DNA of 63,690 bases, filler included, from Lenisia limosa (taxonomy: Eukaryota; Protista; Breviatea), in assembly GCA_001655205.1 (NCBI GenBank). It is 19 parts of 19 records of this genome, joined end to end, with 100 filler letters (N's around TTAATTAATTAA, not from the genome) between each part and the next. Parts side by side here need not be neighbours in the genome. Positions count along the whole stretch, not along the records: positions 46,696 to 51,972 come from LPNZ01002124.1; positions 52,073 to 53,403 come from LPNZ01005803.1; positions 53,504 to 55,537 come from LPNZ01010621.1; positions 55,638 to 56,852 come from LPNZ01002303.1; positions 56,953 to 59,215 come from LPNZ01001751.1; positions 59,316 to 60,535 come from LPNZ01003945.1; positions 60,636 to 62,225 come from LPNZ01001787.1; 12 more parts are not named here. One strand, written 5' to 3'. The notes under the pieces are model-generated. The model was not told the origin of the DNA. It did not search any database and worked only from the letters and a program-made list of their open reading frames with translations. Within the stretch, counting starts at the first letter, position 1. Every line of letters begins with the position of its first letter. Positions 49,095-60,780 of the stretch are shown here, one piece after another. Position numbers and translations under genes: made by a program.

Positions 49095-51815
49095 AAGGCC
49101 GTGAAAGGAGCGTTGGAGTGGATCGACCCCACAATATCCATCATATTGACGTCCCAAAGCTAAAGAATAATACAGCACAACTGTAACAGATGTAAGGGCA
49201 TTACAGCACAAATACAAGGGCTACAGCACAAATGTAAGGGTATAAAGTAAATGGTGTAAGGTATACAGGTAAAGGACGATTGTAGGTGTATCAATGTACC
49301 AACAATCTCCCCAACTTTGATAGTGTTGTCGGAACCGCAAGAGACAATAGAGTCGGACCTAAAAACGATAAGTTTGCTAGATCTGGTAATGTGGTGAATG
49401 TCGTAAAAATGTCCCTTTCACATCATCACGCTTAGATATCTATCCGAAGCCTTTCACATCATCACACTTGCAAGAGAGACTGTCAAAACAATTCATCAAC
49501 CTGTTTAACGTCCCTCACTTTGGTAGGTGTTTTACTTGGTGCACAACACGAGCGTGGCCGTTCAAAACTCCCACTGGGCGACCCCTGTGTGATATAACTT
49601 TTTTTTAAAAAAATACTCAAAAAAATGGACAAATAACTAAGACTTTGTGTATTGATTCTGAAGTTCAAATATTGGAATGTGAAGTGTAATGTGGAGGCGA
49701 GAACTAAGGATCCACTTCGGTTCGAAAAAAGGACTGAATTGCTCGATAAATCCTTGAAAACTATCGATATTGTATTTGTATTATTCGAACAGAAGTGCCC
49801 TAGCTAGACACACCAATTCAGACACTGTCATATTAAAAATATCTCTAAAATTGCTTGGAAAATAAAAATTCGCCGGTTCCAAGAAACAACCCAAATTCAG
49901 CAATAGCAGCCACCAACTTTTGAACATCCCAAACACGGACAGTTTTATCCTGTCCGGCTGACGCCAAAATCCGGCTTGATACAAACGATACACTTAATGG
50001 CGTGCGCGTGTGACCCTGGAATTGCGTGAAAAAACTAAAGATATATACTTATACTAATTACTCAGGGGTCCACTGCAATCATTCCCCTATTATAAACAAC
50101 TGTAACATTAGCTGCACTCTCCATACCCCCCTCCCCAACAGTGAAGGATGCGGTGAGGTCTCCAGTTAGAGCATCAGTGACGTTGACAAGCTTATCGTCT
50201 CCTATTTGGGTGAAAAAAAATGTGCACATTAGATATCTAGGGAATAAAGTGTTTACACGCTTATTATCTCATATTTAAGACAAATATTTTGTTAGCAAGC
50301 TGGTGTTCAAGGTGATTATGTGAATAGAGTGATATATAGGGAAATCTACCAGAGAGAAAATATGCGAATATGGTATATTGAGCGAATAAACAAAGAGCAT
50401 AAAAAAGAGCATTTTTTATAAAAGACTAAAGTCATCGTGGAATACAATCAACTCCAACAAAACAGCTTTCAGGACCCTCCACCCTACCACAACTTGCGAT
50501 TAAGGGTCCTGAGGAAGAGTTGACAATATCCAGGCTTCTGATAGCAGCCTGCATTGTAAACACCCAACAATTTTAAAAAAAATCGATATAAAAATATAGC
50601 AATGAGAAACAAAAAAATAAGGTTCTCACCATCACGCTTCTAGAAATATTGAATAATAATAAAAATATTAATTCACCCAATCATTTGCAATATAAATACC
50701 AATATCGCAGATAAATAAACCAATCTTATGGAAATCCATATCAGCAATAAGTTCCCACCTCGTGAGCAGTAACAGAGCAAAGAGTCGTGGAAGGGATTGT
50801 TTCAGGCCCTGTATGGTGCCTTGTTTTGCGGTCAACCTAAGGGGTGAATCCGCTAGCGGTTCTGTTGGGCTGGTGTTATGAGTTGTAATACCCCCAAGTT
50901 ATAACTCTCATTCAAATACATTTAATTGACTAAAGAAGTAAGTTGTTCAAATACTATTTAAAAAAGTAGCATTCAGGTTAGGACCAGACCAGAATCCGAC
51001 ACAATAGAATTCCATTTTTTTTTTTGTTTTTTTTTTTGCAGTAAATCCCCTCGATTGAAAGTAAAAAAACTCCAAATGGCCCAAAAATAGGACTTGTCTG
51101 AAAAGGGGATGGAAGCGTCTGTAGGTAAACAATATAAAGTGGTAAAAATGGTACTTATGAACAAAATTTAAATAAGGTTAATTTTTGCAACTACTGACGT
51201 TTCTTTTAAGAGCCTCCCCATTTTTAAACAAGCCAAAAGTAGGACTTAGGATTCTACCCTGGTCCTAATTCAGAATTATATCACTCAATTGTCCCAGAGA
51301 CTATTCCAGTACTATTAGGGCTTCACTTCTCTTCGAAAAAGGATATTTGATCAATATAGGTGTTTTTCGAAGCGAATAAGCCCTACATACTGTTCCTCAA
51401 ATTATACTCGAATACTATCTCACAAAAAAATCCTCACCTTTCGACCCTCTCCGTCAGTAAATTCGGATCTTTTCCATCCCTTTCTAGAAAAGTTAAGAAA
51501 ACTAACAAACATGATCTTTTCAAAAGCGGCAAGCCGTTAATTATTGTATTGATTTAATCAAGAATTTAGACTTTGTTTGAGGCGGGATTGACAAGAAAAA
51601 ACTTGGGTATGTTGAAAAAACATAAATTGAAAAAACCAGATATTGAAAAAAAACATAATGCATATATCATCTGTTACACTGAGCTATTTTGTTCCAAAAA
51701 TGATTTCTATTTTAACTTGCATACATACATTAACCAGAGTGCATACCTGCTGGTTTTGACAGCAGGGTTGCGATGTATCGTTTCAACTTGGCTATCCGCA
51801 GTTTCAACAAACGCT
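49095..51815 (-). CDS. WD40-repeat protein, ATG16/TipD-like arrangement (partial)
   Basis: TIPSTTLCSVTAHE, AAIRSLDIVNSSSGPLIAS, GDDKLVNVTDALTGDLTASFT, GHTRTPLSVSFVSSRILASAGQDKTVRVWDVQK, GRPVGVLNGHARVVHQVKHLP, SDSIVSCGSDNTIK and LWDVNMMDIVGSI. WD40 is clear; the ATG16 call rests only on the P.T..C...AHE motif. Confidence 0.7.
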
Positions 51816-52288
51816 GGGAGGTGAAGCTGAATTTCGCGAAGCTGAATTTCGCGAAGGGAAAGAAGCTGCGTCTCATAATTTGTAGCAATAAAAAAAATAT
51901 GGTACCTGGCCTAAGCCGTCCACACCATCATGCTTATAAGAGATATTGGATAATAGTATCTGGCCGAAGCCGNNNNNNNNNNNNNNNNNNNNNNNNNNNN
52001 NNNNNNNNNNNNNNNNTTAATTAATTAANNNNNNNNNNNNNNNNNNNNNNNNNNNNNNNNNNNNNNNNNNNNGGGTAGGGATTTATCGAGAAATTCGGTC
52101 TTTTTTCGAACCGAAGTGAAGCCCTGTAGTGTAAGTTTTGAAGAACCCACGACAGACCCCCCCCACATGGAGGTACACTAATATCGTAAATGAAGATCTG
52201 ACCGAAAATGACGTCATCGACTAGTTAATTTTCCACTGTCAGTGATTTACAAAATTGACTATTTATCAGTATTTCACCCCTATTTTGC

Positions 52289-53282
52289 AGGATTTCACCT
52301 CTATGTTTCACCGGACTGGGGTCAACTTCCTCTTAGAACTTATTCGGGCCCATTTTCGGTCATTAACTTTGCCACCTTATATTCCTCCCTCAATATTATA
52401 CAATTATATCCCCCCCCCCCCNNNNNNNNNNNNNNNNNNNNNNNNNNNNNNNNNNNNNNNNNNNNNNNNNNNNNNNNNNNNNNNNNNNNNNNNNNNNNNN
52501 NNNNNNNNNNNTGGTGGCGAAGTTAATGAGGCCAAAAATGGACCCGGATAAGTTCTAAGAAGGTGAAATAATGATAGTTCTAAGAAGGTGAAATAAAATT
52601 AATGATAAGTTCTAAGAAGATGTAATACTGCTAAATAGGTGTGGATGATGCTAAACAGAGTTAAATACTGAGACCCCCAACTACATTTATTCGTTTGTTG
52701 TACTTTTGATCCCAGTCCACAAAGAGGGTTGTTGGCAGAGCGAGAAGCTTGCATATACCCTGCGAAGTAAATGTCAAAATGCATAAAATGTGATCACGAG
52801 GGATCCCCTTTGTTCGAAAAAGACCGTGAAAATATCGATATTTATCGAGGATTTATCAGGAAGTTCAGTCTTTTGGGACTGTAAGGAAGCCCTAGTTATC
52901 ACAGATAGAGGAGAGTCTTGACTAATTTTCTGAAGGGTGATCTGATTCCCTTCGGTTGTAAGGCAAATGATTTGGTGAATTAATACAATATACTATAATC
53001 CAATATCTCTTATAAGCGTGATGATGTGGACGGCTTAGGATTTATCAGCTCAGTATCCATGTCAGGACTTCTCAGCTCAATATCCTAGGGAAGCTGTCAG
53101 TGTATACATCCCACAAATTCCGTGTCATAGAAAATCCAATGGTTCACGTCTTATTTTTTCAAATAAAAAAATGATTCAGCAAAAGACCCTCCTCCTCAGC
53201 AAAAGACCCTCGTCTTACCTCTGTAAATATTCTATTCAAGACGATGAAGAGTATAATCGCTTCAGTAACGCTCGGACCAACA
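52289..53282 (+). CDS. Possible small exons of an unknown gene
   Basis: DFTSMFHRTGVNFLLELIRAHF and other short AG/GT segments. Confidence 0.25.
52798..52894. mobile_element. Family A variant MITE
   Basis: Flanks gtgatcac/gttatcac. Confidence 0.85.
52954..53036 (+). repeat. Family C copy
   Basis: GGTTGTAAGGCAAATGATTTGGTGAATTAATAC..TAATCCAATATCTCTTATAAGCGTGATGATGTGGACGGCTT. Other plus copies at ~28105, 40971, 55909, 57072 and 60299. Confidence 0.85.
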
Positions 53283-53649
53283 GTATACAGTGAAACACTT
53301 CCCACAACCTTGAAGGTCAGTTTGTAATCAACAGTTTTTTTTTACTATTCATATGATACATATACACTGTATAATGATATAGCTATGCATACTATATATT
53401 ACTNNNNNNNNNNNNNNNNNNNNNNNNNNNNNNNNNNNNNNNNNNNNTTAATTAATTAANNNNNNNNNNNNNNNNNNNNNNNNNNNNNNNNNNNNNNNNN
53501 NNNGCGCGGCTTTTATTGCTCTTTTTGCTTGCACTTTTTGTCAATCCCAGTTCTCTTTCTTTGTAAGGAGTTGATTATCATCTCTCAGCGCTGTGTTAAT
53601 AAACACTGCTATTTTAGATCAGCACGGAATCTTGAATTCCATTTCAACA

Positions 53650-55523
53650 ATGTCAAAAACTAGCAAACCTGCCCCTGGAATGGAGCTTGCAGGTAATCAC
53701 CGGGTTTAACGATTGTATACATAGATAAATCATTTTAATTGATCAGCTTCTTTTAATCTGTTACCACTACAGCATACTCATGCTCTTTCGGTTTTTATTT
53801 TTTTGATTTCATGTTTCAGTCTATTCCAAGACTGGAGGGCTGCAATTCATGAAGAAGTTCCCCAACTTAGAATTCGTACCTACGCCTTTGTGGGTGGTTG
53901 TGTTAAGCCTTGTAAATTGTGGACATTTCCCCTTTGTTCCTGCTGTTTTTCCTCATATTGGAGGGATGACTTTGAGAAGCCCGACCGAGGCCTTATGTAT
54001 TCTGCTTGTGGACGGTTGGTTGGGAAGGTGTGGATGAGAGGATGGGGTTTGAGGTTTGGCGGGTGACAGCTTTAAAGGTTAATACTTAGAGTGGATGACA
54101 CAGTAAGTAGGTAGCTCTGACTCTCTAGCATTGCATGTGCCTGCAACCAAACCACCATCAAGATTATGTCCTGTTTCGGCGAGAGGGCTGGCGAAGTCAT
54201 TCAAACCATCACTATCGATAGCATTTCGTGAGTGGGTTTTGATCTCTTTTTTTTGAGCAAATGTCATCGTGGGTCGTATGAAAATTTCATTAACTGATAC
54301 TCAATTAGGTTTTTAATTGCTATTTCATTAACTGATACTCAATTGGGTTTTTTAATGCTATTTTTGGTATTATAATAAAGGATCAGACGGCCTATCGTTT
54401 CACCTTCTCCCCAGATCATTCACTGTGTCCCCCAAGGGCGGGTATGTGGCAACTTTCACCAGGCGGCTTAAGGGAGAAACCGGACNNNNNNNNNNNNNNN
54501 NNNNNNNNNNNNNNNNNNNNNNNNNNNNNNNNNNNNNNNNNNNNNNNNNNNNNNNNNNNNNNNNNNNNNNNNNNNATATAAACTCAATATTATATTTCAA
54601 AACTTAGCAAGCCTTCGTATCTTCAAGGTTGCTGATGGAGAACAGATTGGACAGTTCAACTATAACAACTACCAAGACAGCTGGTATGGTACAAAACTTC
54701 CATTTTCTTCGTGTTTCCTTCAATTGTCTAATGGACAGGGAATGCATGCAGTGGGAGCCTTCAGAGAAATTCCTTTGCCTCCGTACAAATAATGGCATTA
54801 GCGTCTTTGATGGTAAACGGGAAGGGGATGATAGAGGATTTTGGTTGGGGGGGGGGGGNNNNNNNNNNNNNNNNNNNNNNNNNNNNNNNNNNNNNNNNNN
54901 NNNNNNNNNNNNNNNNNNNNNNNNNNNNNNNNNNNNNNNNNNNCTGTATCACGTTTCCCCAGCCGCTTCCCCCCGCAAGATCCTCTGGAAGGTCACCGTG
55001 AAGGATATTAAGAAGTTGGTCCTTGATATGTCACATCCTTCATCCTGCCTTTCTATTACCCCTCTTTTTTTTACTAATCTCAGATTTTCTGTCCATGAAG
55101 ATTGCAATGGCCCCTGTTTTGCAGTTATGATCAAGGGTGGAGGTAAGACGAAGACGTTTCCCCAAGTCCCTGTGGTTTTTGATATTGTATTATATCAAAT
55201 ACTATTACATATTTCTTGTTGCTATCTGTCCTTATCAAATTAGCAAACTGCATGGCTCTCGGCAAAATGTTCAGCTCAGCCTCTTCGAAGATCAGTAACC
55301 CCATTTGCCAGCGCTCTCTCTTCCAAGTACGTTCGGGAGACGCAGTGTAACTGTCAGCAAAGACTGTTTTGACTTGCCTAGTGTGAGCGAGTGAAGTTTG
55401 TTTGGAGCAGTGACGGCTCGGAGTGTCTTGTCCACACGGCCACGGACTTGAAAGATGGCTCTTACTATGGCGACCAGAAGCTCTTCCATATGGCCCCCGG
55501 CGCCGGATGTGTCGTGTACATCG
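53650..55523 (+). CDS. EIF2A: Eukaryotic translation initiation factor 2A (partial)
   Basis: MSKTSKPAPGMELA|VYSKTGGLQFMKKFPNLE, SFTVSPKGGYVATF, ECMQWEPSEKFLCLRTNNGISVFD, ISNPICQRSLFQ and CERVKFVWSSDGSECLVHTATDLKDGSYYGDQKLFHM. The last matches eIF2A KADKV.M.WN....VLV..STDVD.TG.SYYGEQ.L. Confidence 0.85.
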
Positions 55524-55777
55524 GTGAGGAAAATGGGNNNNNNNNNNNNNNNNNNNNNNNNNNNNNNNNNNNNNNNNNNNNTTAATTAATTAANNNNNNN
55601 NNNNNNNNNNNNNNNNNNNNNNNNNNNNNNNNNNNNNCCCCCCCCCCCCCAGGTTTTTTATCGTTTTTATTTCTGTCATCTTTACAGCAAGAGTATAATA
55701 TATTATAATTAAATCGATGGGAAATATAAAATTCAAAACTTCTTTTTTTTGTGTGTGTGTTTTACATTGCCAGATCT

Positions 55778-56595
55778 GACAACCTCGAAACACCCCCAGC
55801 CATCTGATGCGGCATGGACCTCCCGTCCCGCCCCCGGTACAGAGGGATACCAGACAACGTCTGTTGGCGTTGACGTTCTTTTGGCGTCTCGTGCGGCCGC
55901 GTTGAATGGTTGGTAAATGATTGGGTGAATTTATATTATACTGTAATCTAATATCTCTGGTGACGGTGTGGACGGCCTCGGCCAGATACAACCTTGTTTT
56001 AATAAATTATACGATATTATGATATACAGGTAGTATATAGTTGAGGGGTGAGTGGTGAAGGGCATCCTGAGCGCAGTTATTTGTTGTGGGGGAGAAGGTA
56101 ATTTTGTTTTAAAAAAAATGGTTCGTGATAAGTAATTTACACCAATATTCTCCATCGAAATTTCCTTCATTTTGCTCAACGTTTGGGTGATCGAGCGGTG
56201 GTGAGGGGGACTCAAAGGCTGGCTTGGGCTTGTTTCCCCTCCCCTCTCCCCGTTTCAACCCTTCTGTGTTTGGGAACTGCTTCAGCTTGCTGAATTGATT
56301 TTTTTTTATTAATATTATTGTTTTGTTTGTGTCACAATTTTCCAATGTTTATCCCCCCCCCCCAAATCCCCCAAATTCTCGACGTGTTATCAACCGACAG
56401 AATTGATTTGGGCTTTTGTTTCATGAATTTTTCAATTTAACTCCGCCCCTCCCAGGCACAATGACGGACAAGGATATGAGAGACCTCCAAACGAACTTGG
56501 CAAGAATGGGCATTTTGGACCGAATGCGGGAGGAGAAGGACAAAACGAAGATGGCCGAGGATCTACTCGCTGCTACGGCCCCGGAAGGCGGATAT
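55778..56595 (+). CDS. Two exons of an unknown protein
   Basis: DLTTSKHPQPSDAAWTSRPAPGTEGYQTTSVGVDVLLASRAAALN and GTMTDKDMRDLQTNLARMGILDRMREEKDKTKMAEDLLAATAPEGGY. Confidence 0.5.
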
Positions 56596-56625
56596 GTGGG
56601 GAGGGGTGGTGTGGGGGTGATAATA

Positions 56626-56703
56626 GGTGACCTAGATAAGTCTTGACCGATTTTCCTAGAGAAATCACATAACAAATCGGTCAAGACTTATCCCGTCAGT
56701 GTA
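56626..56703. mobile_element. Family B hairpin MITE
   Basis: GATAAGTCTTGACCGATTT..AAATCGGTCAAGACTTATC. Confidence 0.8.
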
Positions 56704-56952
56704 CATGTAAGGCACAAAGGCACGTCCCCTGGTCAAGAACAAAACCTGACCGTGAACATGTAATTTGTAGGTTTTTGTATTTTTGTTTTTGTTTTTTTGT
56801 TAGTTTTGTTTTTGTTAAGAGTTTCAGATAAATCGGTTCGTGATTAATACCCNNNNNNNNNNNNNNNNNNNNNNNNNNNNNNNNNNNNNNNNNNNNTTAA
56901 TTAATTAANNNNNNNNNNNNNNNNNNNNNNNNNNNNNNNNNNNNNNNNNNNN

Positions 56953-57048
56953 CCCCGTCGATTACCCCCATCGATTACCCCCGTCGATTACCCCCGTTGA
57001 TTACCCCTATCGATTACCCCCGTCGATTACCCCCATCGATTACCCCCA
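56953..57048. repeat. Tandem repeat, unit ~CGATTACCCCC(A/G)T
   Basis: About 7-8 units. Confidence 0.9.
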
Positions 57049-57202
57049 TCTAAACCCCCCATACTGGGGAGGTACGAAATGATTGGGCGAATTAATATTA
57101 TTCTGTAATTCAATATCTCTGATAAGCGTGATGGCGTGGACGGCTTCCGCCAGATACAACCTTACTTTTTATTTTTTATTGCCACATCTAAACCTCCCAT
57201 AC

Positions 57203-58900
57203 CTGAGGACACACGGGCTGCGACAGGGAGGAATTCGGTCAGAGCAAGCCGCACGAACTTGTCACTCTTCTCCCTCAAGGCTAGCACTGAGCTGCAGAGG
57301 TCGCTCATATAGGGCTGCACAAATGATCCTGTAAGGGGGGGGGGGTGAAAAACTTTGGACTAATAACTAAGTCTATTGGCTAAACAATTGAAAATTACAA
57401 TAATATGAGGAGGGTTGTTCACATTCAAGAAGAACAACATGGCTGATAGATAGGCCTTCCCTGCAGTCCGAAAAAGACTGTTAGAACATCAATATTTATG
57501 GAGGATTTATCGAGTCTATCTTGAGAACATAGGGAAGCCCTACTGATAGACCTAGGCAGCACTATTAATTATTTGGCAAAATTTAAAATTGAGTCTGAAG
57601 TGGTGACCATGCAATATGCCTAGGGTTTCATCTTGTTTCAAAAAAGACCAGTAAAATGCTTCCATGACATATGGTCCTGATGTGTATTTGTTTCCTTATC
57701 TTGTGTTCAATACATTTTTTTTTAAAAAAAAAAATTATTATAAAGAAAATAATATATATGTACATGTATATATATAGAACACCAAAAAACACTTTCAAGC
57801 CCTTCACACCGCCATTGAGGACAAACGCGTGGACAGCGAGGATACTGCCATGCTGTTGGTCGGTACTAGAGATTTGCAGCATCTACAGGGTAGGGTGACG
57901 GGTGCATGCTGTGAACATGCGAAAAGACACAACCTTCTCTGAAGAGCTAAGAGCCCCCCTCTACTAATATTTGAAGTGCCTCTTAATTTATGATATTACG
58001 TTGTCTTTTTAGGCATACCTCTTAATTTATCATTTTACGTTGTCTTTTTAGGATTTAACAAAAATATACAACATCAAAAAAATGGTATTATTCCCCCCAC
58101 CTCCTGCAGCTGGTTGAGCACGGATTTGAGGAGACCAGCCTGGAGTTGGGGGCCTCTTGTGCTGATGAGACGAAGAGCACACCCAAGGGTCTTGCCGGCC
58201 TTGATGGTGAGTGAAAGTTAAATGTAGCAAGGCGGTTATCATAATGATTAGGTTGTAAGGCGGCTATCATTATGATTAGGTTAATGGTGTTTTAGATAAG
58301 ATAAACGGTGATTAGTTATTTATGTAGAAATTGTTATTTGAACAAGATAAACAACATTTTGTACAGCCACGAACAAGGACAGATATACAGCATCCCATCC
58401 CACCTCAATTCGGAGTCTGAGTTTGGAGTCGTGGAGGCCGCTGAAGGTGGCTCGGAGGAATACCTGATTGTAAAATGAGAAATGTGTACAGCTGGTCATG
58501 GAGAATATTGATTGGTTAATATTAGTGAAATCTACTATTTTTAAGATGAGGGATGCCTGGAAAAAAGTTATATCTGTTCCAAAGTACACATACCCATGAG
58601 CTGTCACCATGCCCCCACCTCCAAATGATCAGTGAACAAGGCGACAGGCGCGTTTCCAGCAAGTGATTGCAGCATTAGGCATGCTGAAATCCTGGAGAGA
58701 GTGACTTGAAGCGGATATAGAAAAACTACTGCTGTATCTTCTTTTCGTTTCAGTAAATTCGGAAAAAGCTGTTCTCTTACACGCTCCACCCACCGTCTGG
58801 AGTCGTTTTTGTCCTGCAGCCATTCGAGGCAATTGCGGATTTCGCGTTCGAGGAAATCCGAAGTTAGAAAGCCGCCCACTCGGGTCAGATCCGCCACAGC
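57203..58900 (-). CDS. TOR: Target of rapamycin kinase, N-terminal HEAT region (partial)
   Basis: AVADLTRVGGFLTSDFLEREIRNCLEWLQDKNDSRR, ISACLMLQSLAGNAPVALF, VFLRATFSGLHDSKLRLRIE, AGKTLGCALRLISTR and QQHGSILAVHAF. These are colinear with TOR EVKRALEWL...EGRRHAAVLVL.ELA..P..F...I..A.WDPK..IRE..A.AL..CL and IHGALL. Confidence 0.82.
57451..57542. mobile_element. Family A variant MITE
   Basis: Perfect TSD CTGATAGA. Confidence 0.9.
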
Positions 58901-58973
58901 CTGGGGTGGAGGGAGTAATATTGGAAAATTTATAAAACAAAAAGCTCAACAACTGGAAGGCCAGGAAAATACT

Positions 58974-59055
58974 TACAGTGACCAGGATAAGTCTTGACCG
59001 ATTTTCTATGTGAATTCCCAAGGAAAATAGGTCAAGACTTTTTCTGGTCACTGTA
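58974..59055. mobile_element. Family B Tc1/mariner-like hairpin MITE
   Basis: TA-CAGTGACCAGGATAAGTCTTGACC..GGTCAAGACTTTTTCTGGTCACTG-TA. Another copy at ~61313-61390. Confidence 0.88.
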
Positions 59056-59619
59056 TACATGTTGCTGTATGATATGATGATGAACATTAAGATCCTTTTG
59101 TTTCGACAATTTAGCATTTTATTTTTGTCACCAAAAAAACTTTTGTTTTAACTGCAGTTTTTAACCCTACATTCATCATAATCCCAAAAAAAGAAAAGTA
59201 CCTCCCCCCCAAGACNNNNNNNNNNNNNNNNNNNNNNNNNNNNNNNNNNNNNNNNNNNNTTAATTAATTAANNNNNNNNNNNNNNNNNNNNNNNNNNNNN
59301 NNNNNNNNNNNNNNNCCGCCGGATCTTTGTGATCCTTGTTTCAATAGAGACTTTGCTGCAATAAGGTGCTTTTGCAGCAAAAGTCATGAAACCAGGATCA
59401 TAAAGATCGGTGGAATGGGAGGAGAGGGGGACTCATTCATAATAACAGAAGAGGGCAGGAAGAGTAGGGGGTCCTTTCTTTTGTAATGCACACTATGGAC
59501 AATTGTAGTGTCAGATGAACTGTATAGTGTTATTTGAGAAACAATTGGGCACTTATGATCCTGTCATTACTTAACCATAACCATCATTAAAATAGTGCTG
59601 TTTTCAAAAATCTTAACCC

Positions 59620-60205
59620 CTGCCTACCAGGCCTGTCCGGACTCCTTCGAAGTCTCAACTGACGACGAAGAGCTAAGCGAGAAAAGTACGGGGAAATGGG
59701 GTGCTTGCTGCAGGGGAAATGAGGTGCTTGCTGCAGGGAAATGGGGTGCTTGCTGCAGGGGAAATGAGGTGCTTGCTGCAGGGGAAATGAGGTGCTTGCT
59801 GCAGGGGAAATGAGGTGGCTGCAGGGGAAATGAGGTGCTTGCTGCAGGGGAAATGGGGGGTACTTCATTAATTTCGTTCGAGTTTGTTCGGGCTTTTGTT
59901 TTTTATTTTCCCATCAAACACGTCACGTCCTAGGCATTCCTCGAGCCATTGCAATCAAAATGCTCATTCCCATGTTGGGCCTTTTCGCTGAGACCAAACA
60001 GGTGAGTCCCCGGTGGTAAATGTATTGGTCGAATGTGAGAAGGGATCTTTTTCCGATTTCAACTCTACTTCTGCTATTATCCTTGTGCAAATATTTTCTC
60101 CAATATTCTTCATACCCTAAATTCAAACGTCGCACTGTTTTCTCATTGATGGTGTAGGCCTCAGCCTTGTTCAGGGGAAGCGAAATCGTGGACATCTCAA
60201 AAAGG
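59620..60205 (+). CDS. Small exons of an unknown protein
   Basis: GIPRAIAIKMLIPMLGLFAETKQ|GTGAGT and ASALFRGSEIVDISK|GT. Confidence 0.35.
59691..59860. repeat. Intronic tandem repeat, ~23-24-bp unit GGGAAATGAGGTGCTTGCTGCAG
   Basis: About 7 units beginning right after a GT donor. Confidence 0.9.
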
Positions 60206-60780
60206 TACTGATTGGATAATTCAACTATTTTCTGACTCTCCCCCCTGTTAACTGATAATCAATATACGTGATGTACGTAAGAGTATTATCTAGTACAGTA
60301 CTATAATCCAATATCTCTTATAAGCGTGATGGTGTTTAAACACACACACATACATATTTATCTACATAGCTATATATATTGTATATACTCAATACCATTC
60401 TCACTTCGGTTGTTATATCTTTTATGACAATTATTATCAGAGCCAACGTCATTCACAACAGAGTTGATTTTGTTGTTTTTTTCCATCAATTTTCCTGCTT
60501 CACCCCTGGATGCGGTGCTGCAGGAGCGTCTGGCCNNNNNNNNNNNNNNNNNNNNNNNNNNNNNNNNNNNNNNNNNNNNTTAATTAATTAANNNNNNNNN
60601 NNNNNNNNNNNNNNNNNNNNNNNNNNNNNNNNNNNACCCCCTCCACTTTTTGTATTCATTTTTTCATTTTCATTTAGTTTAATGTAATTATTTAGCTCTC
60701 CCTCCCCTCCTCATTTTTTGTTTTCATTTTCATTTTATTTATTTTTTTATTTATTTGATTTAATAATGTAGCTCACTCCA

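Noticed and set aside
56953-57048. Telomere-like (ATTACCCCC) repeat
   Set aside because: The unit is ~13 bp with a CG(A) core, the array is short, and it grades into ordinary intronic sequence.
58971-58980. Perfect GTAAGT donor (minus strand) formed at a family B MITE end
   Set aside because: Using it would make the MITE exonic in TOR. It is more likely a coincidence of the CACTG-TA terminus, and there is no expression evidence.
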